In this document: positions 61,545 through 64,000 of the stretch, in pieces
Layout: every line of letters starts with the position of its first letter
Numbering within the stretch: position 1 is the first letter of the stretch
Program-made: the position numbers and the translations under genes
From: Spirochaetota bacterium
GTDB taxonomy: Bacteria; Spirochaetota; JAAYUW01; JAOAHJ01
DNA: 64,000 bases
NCBI GenBank assembly: GCA_026415295.1
Contig: JAOAHJ010000031.1
Location: 3,098 to 67,097 of the forward strand
Reading direction: 5' to 3'
The notes under the pieces: generated by a model
What the model was told of the DNA's origin: nothing
What the model saw: only the letters and a program-made list of their open reading frames with translations
The model's database searches: none

Positions 61545-61573
61545 TTTACAAAATTTCTTTTTTGTGTTAATTA
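61545..61573 (+). promoter_or_regulatory. candidate internal tuf promoter TTTACA-17-(TGn)TAATTA
   Basis: Lies in the 265-bp fusA-tuf spacer, upstream of SD AGGAGG. Confidence 0.45.
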
Positions 61574-61623
61574 ACTAACACCAGATTTTGGTGTTAAGGT
61601 GGCAATAATTTAGGAGGAAATAT

Positions 61624-62841
61624 ATGGCAAAGGAAAAGTTTATAAGAAATAAGCCTCATATTAATGTTGGGACTATTGGGCATGTTGACCATGGTAAAAC
61701 AACATTAACTTCAGCAATAACCTTAGTATGTGCATCTAGAGGTCTTGCACAAGCAAAAAGATATGATGAAATTGATAATGCACCAGAAGAAAAAGCAAGA
61801 GGTATTACTATTAATACTCAGCATGTTGAATATGAAACACCAAAAAGACATTATGCTCATATTGACTGTCCAGGGCATGCTGATTATATTAAAAACATGA
61901 TTACAGGTGCAGCACAAATGGATGGTGCTATACTTCTTGTTTCAGCAAATGAAGGACCAGAACCACAAACTAGAGAACATATTCTTCTCGCTAAACAGGT
62001 AAATGTTCCATACATAGTTGTTTTCTTAAATAAAGTTGATATGGTGTCTGATCCTGAATTGATTGATATTGCTGAAGAAGAAGTTAGAGATCTTCTTAAA
62101 AAATATGGTTTTCCAGGTGATACTATTCCTATTATAAGAGGATCAGCATTAAAAGCTATGAACTGTGGATGTGGAAAAGATGAGTGTCCTAATTGTAAGC
62201 CTGTAATAGAATTGTTGAATACAATGGATGATTATTTCCCAGAACCAAAAAGAGATATAGATAAACCATTTTTAATGCCAATTGAAGATATTTTTTCAAT
62301 TAAAGGTAGAGGTACTGTAGTAACTGGTAGAATTGAAACAGGTGTTGTAAAAGTTGGTGATAAAGTTGAGATTGTTGGTTTTGGAGAAACTAAGGAAACT
62401 GTAATTACTGGTGTAGAAATGTTTAGAAAGGAACTTGATCAAGGACAAGCAGGGGATAATGTTGGTCTATTATTGAGAGGTATCGAAAAAAATGATGTAG
62501 AAAGAGGAATGGTTGTTGCGAAACCAGGATCTATTACTCCTCATAAAAAATTTACATGTGAAGTATATATTTTGTCAAAAGAAGAAGGTGGAAGAGAAAA
62601 ACCATTTCATGCTGGATATAGACCACAGTTCTATTTTAGAACAACTGATGTAACTGGAGAAATTAAAGAGATCAGAAATTCTCAAACTAAGGAAGTTGAA
62701 AAAATAGCAAATCCTGGTCAAAATGTTGCTATGGATGTTGAATTAATATATACTGTAGCTATGGATAAGCAATTAAGATTTGCTATTAGAGAAGGTGGAA
62801 GAACAGTTGGAGCTGGAGTAGTTACAGAAATATTGGAATAA
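61624..62841 (+). CDS. tuf: elongation factor Tu
   Basis: [30 protein letters not shown] and [13 protein letters not shown] motifs. Confidence 0.99.
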   Translation: MAKEKFIRNKPHINVGTIGHVDHGKTTLTSAITLVCASRGLAQAKRYDEIDNAPEEKARGITINTQHVEYETPKRHYAHIDCPGHADYIKNMITGAAQMDGAILLVSANEGPEPQTREHILLAKQVNVPYIVVFLNKVDMVSDPELIDIAEEEVRDLLKKYGFPGDTIPIIRGSALKAMNCGCGKDECPNCKPVIELLNTMDDYFPEPKRDIDKPFLMPIEDIFSIKGRGTVVTGRIETGVVKVGDKVEIVGFGETKETVITGVEMFRKELDQGQAGDNVGLLLRGIEKNDVERGMVVAKPGSITPHKKFTCEVYILSKEEGGREKPFHAGYRPQFYFRTTDVTGEIKEIRNSQTKEVEKIANPGQNVAMDVELIYTVAMDKQLRFAIREGGRTVGAGVVTEILE

Positions 62842-62848
62842 TTAAATT

Positions 62849-62894
62849 ATGGGAAGATGCTCAGTCTTGGGTATCTTCTCATTTCATTTTTTTT
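62849..62894 (+). terminator. hairpin/terminator between tuf and rpsJ
   Basis: 15-bp stem (3 G.U pairs) at 62849-62863/62868-62882, followed by a T-rich tract. Confidence 0.75.
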
Positions 62895-62912
62895 ATATTC
62901 TTTGGAGGAATG

Positions 62913-63224
62913 ATGAAAGGTAACATTATAAGAATAAAATTAAAAGCTTTTGAGCATAAGACGGTTGATAAGGCAACTGAGGAAATAGTAAGGGCAGCAA
63001 AAAAGGCAAGAGCTGAAATTTCAGGTCCAATACCTTTGCCCACACAAATTAGACGTTACACCGTTTTAAGATCACCTCATGTTCATATTACTTCAAGAGA
63101 ACAATTTGAAATGAGAATACATAAAAGAATGATAGATATTATTAATCCGAATCAAGAAGTAATTAATGTTTTGTCTAAGCTCGAATTACCTGAAGGTGTA
63201 AACGTAGAAATTAAGCAAATATAA
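62913..63224 (+). CDS. rpsJ: 30S ribosomal protein S10
   Basis: [20 protein letters not shown] and SREQFE motifs; second ATG fits SD GGAGG spacing better. Confidence 0.98.
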   Translation: MKGNIIRIKLKAFEHKTVDKATEEIVRAAKKARAEISGPIPLPTQIRRYTVLRSPHVHITSREQFEMRIHKRMIDIINPNQEVINVLSKLELPEGVNVEIKQI

Positions 63225-63272
63225 TTTTTTTAGTTAAATAAAAAATTACAAAATAGTTATAAGGATAAAAAT

Positions 63273-63932
63273 ATGCTTGGATTAGTTGGCAAAAAATTAG
63301 GGATGAGTCAAATATTTAATGAGGATGGTAAGGTTGTTCCTGTGACTATTATAGAAGTCGGACCATGTCAAATACTTGAAATTAAAAATGAAGATAAAGA
63401 AGGATATAATGCATTAAAATTAGGTTATTTCCCAATAAAAGAGAATAAGTTAATAAAGCCTATAAAAGGTTATTTTGATAAGCTTAATTCTTTACTAAAA
63501 GAAAAAAATATTAGAATAGAAACATACAAAATAATAAAAGAATTTAGAACAGAAGAAAAGTTATCTAATTACGAAGTTGGACAATTTATTGATGTTTCAT
63601 TTTTTGAAGGCACTAAATATGTTGATGTTACTGGGAAATCAAAAGGCAAAGGATTTCAAGGAATGATAAAAAGACATAATGCTGGTGGGGGGAAAATGTC
63701 TCATGGTTCTAAATTTCACAGAACACCAGGTTCTACAGGTCAAAGAGAAGAGCCAGGAAGAGTAAGGAAAAATAAGAGGATGCCTGGTCACTTGGGTTGT
63801 GAAACTGTTTCAGTTCAAAATCTTGAGGTAGTTAAAATATTTAAGGATAAAAATGTCATAATGGTTAAGGGAGCTGTGCCAGGAGCTAGAAATTCAATTG
63901 TTTACATTAAAAAGGCTGTAAAAGCTAGTTAA
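63273..63932 (+). CDS. rplC: 50S ribosomal protein L3
   Basis: GKKLGMSQIF, GKGFQG, HGSKFHR and VKGAVPG motifs. Confidence 0.98.
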   Translation: MLGLVGKKLGMSQIFNEDGKVVPVTIIEVGPCQILEIKNEDKEGYNALKLGYFPIKENKLIKPIKGYFDKLNSLLKEKNIRIETYKIIKEFRTEEKLSNYEVGQFIDVSFFEGTKYVDVTGKSKGKGFQGMIKRHNAGGGKMSHGSKFHRTPGSTGQREEPGRVRKNKRMPGHLGCETVSVQNLEVVKIFKDKNVIMVKGAVPGARNSIVYIKKAVKAS

Positions 63933-63958
63933 TTATTACAAAGGATGAAGGATACAAT

Positions 63959-64000
63959 ATGAAAGCAATATTATATGATATTAATAATAGAGAAAAAAAG
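63959..64000 (+). CDS. rplD: probable start of 50S ribosomal protein L4 (truncated by window)
   Basis: ATG with open frame MKAILYDINNREKK after rplC; identity rests on S10-operon order only. Confidence 0.6.
   Translation, partial: MKAILYDINNREKK

Overview
A very AT-rich (roughly three-quarters A+T by eye, not computed), gene-dense bacterial chromosome segment in standard genetic code 11. Several markers point to a deep-branching Spirochaetota: spirochete-type CheY, spirochete-type L1, RpoB S531N, RpoC QSIGQPG, rpsT next to an HU/Hbb gene, and holB-like followed by an hk2-like kinase. A low-GC free-living lineage such as Exilispira is a guess only. Bases 1-14.4 kb are mostly minus strand: partial MerR, plsY, der, ptsI, radical SAM, rlmI, a znuACB-type metal ABC operon headed by an RHH/Zn-finger regulator, a PPP phosphatase and hutI. 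Bases 14.6-46.4 kb hold cheR-cheB-cheY, a degenerate histidine kinase, hutH, kdsB, an FHA/degenerate-GGDEF protein, coaD-pta-rpmF-plsX-fabD-acpP-fabF-rnc-holB-kinase, PAP2, M20, lepB, a 966-aa metallopeptidase/outer-membrane protein, a GldAFG-DUF4340 ABC cluster, rpsT, HU, a response regulator, a TPR micro-protein and bactofilin. Bases 46.4-64 kb are the intact core cluster tRNA-Thr, rpmG, tRNA-Trp, secE, nusG, rplKAJL, rpoBC, rpsLG, fusA, tuf, rpsJ, rplC and the start of rplD. I saw no mobile elements, CRISPR arrays or rRNA. The best candidate for an undescribed system is a Zur-like role played by a small ribbon-helix-helix/Cys-His zinc-finger protein. It has a TAATAC-N3-GTATTA palindrome inside its own sigma70 promoter and sits at the head of the metal-uptake operon.
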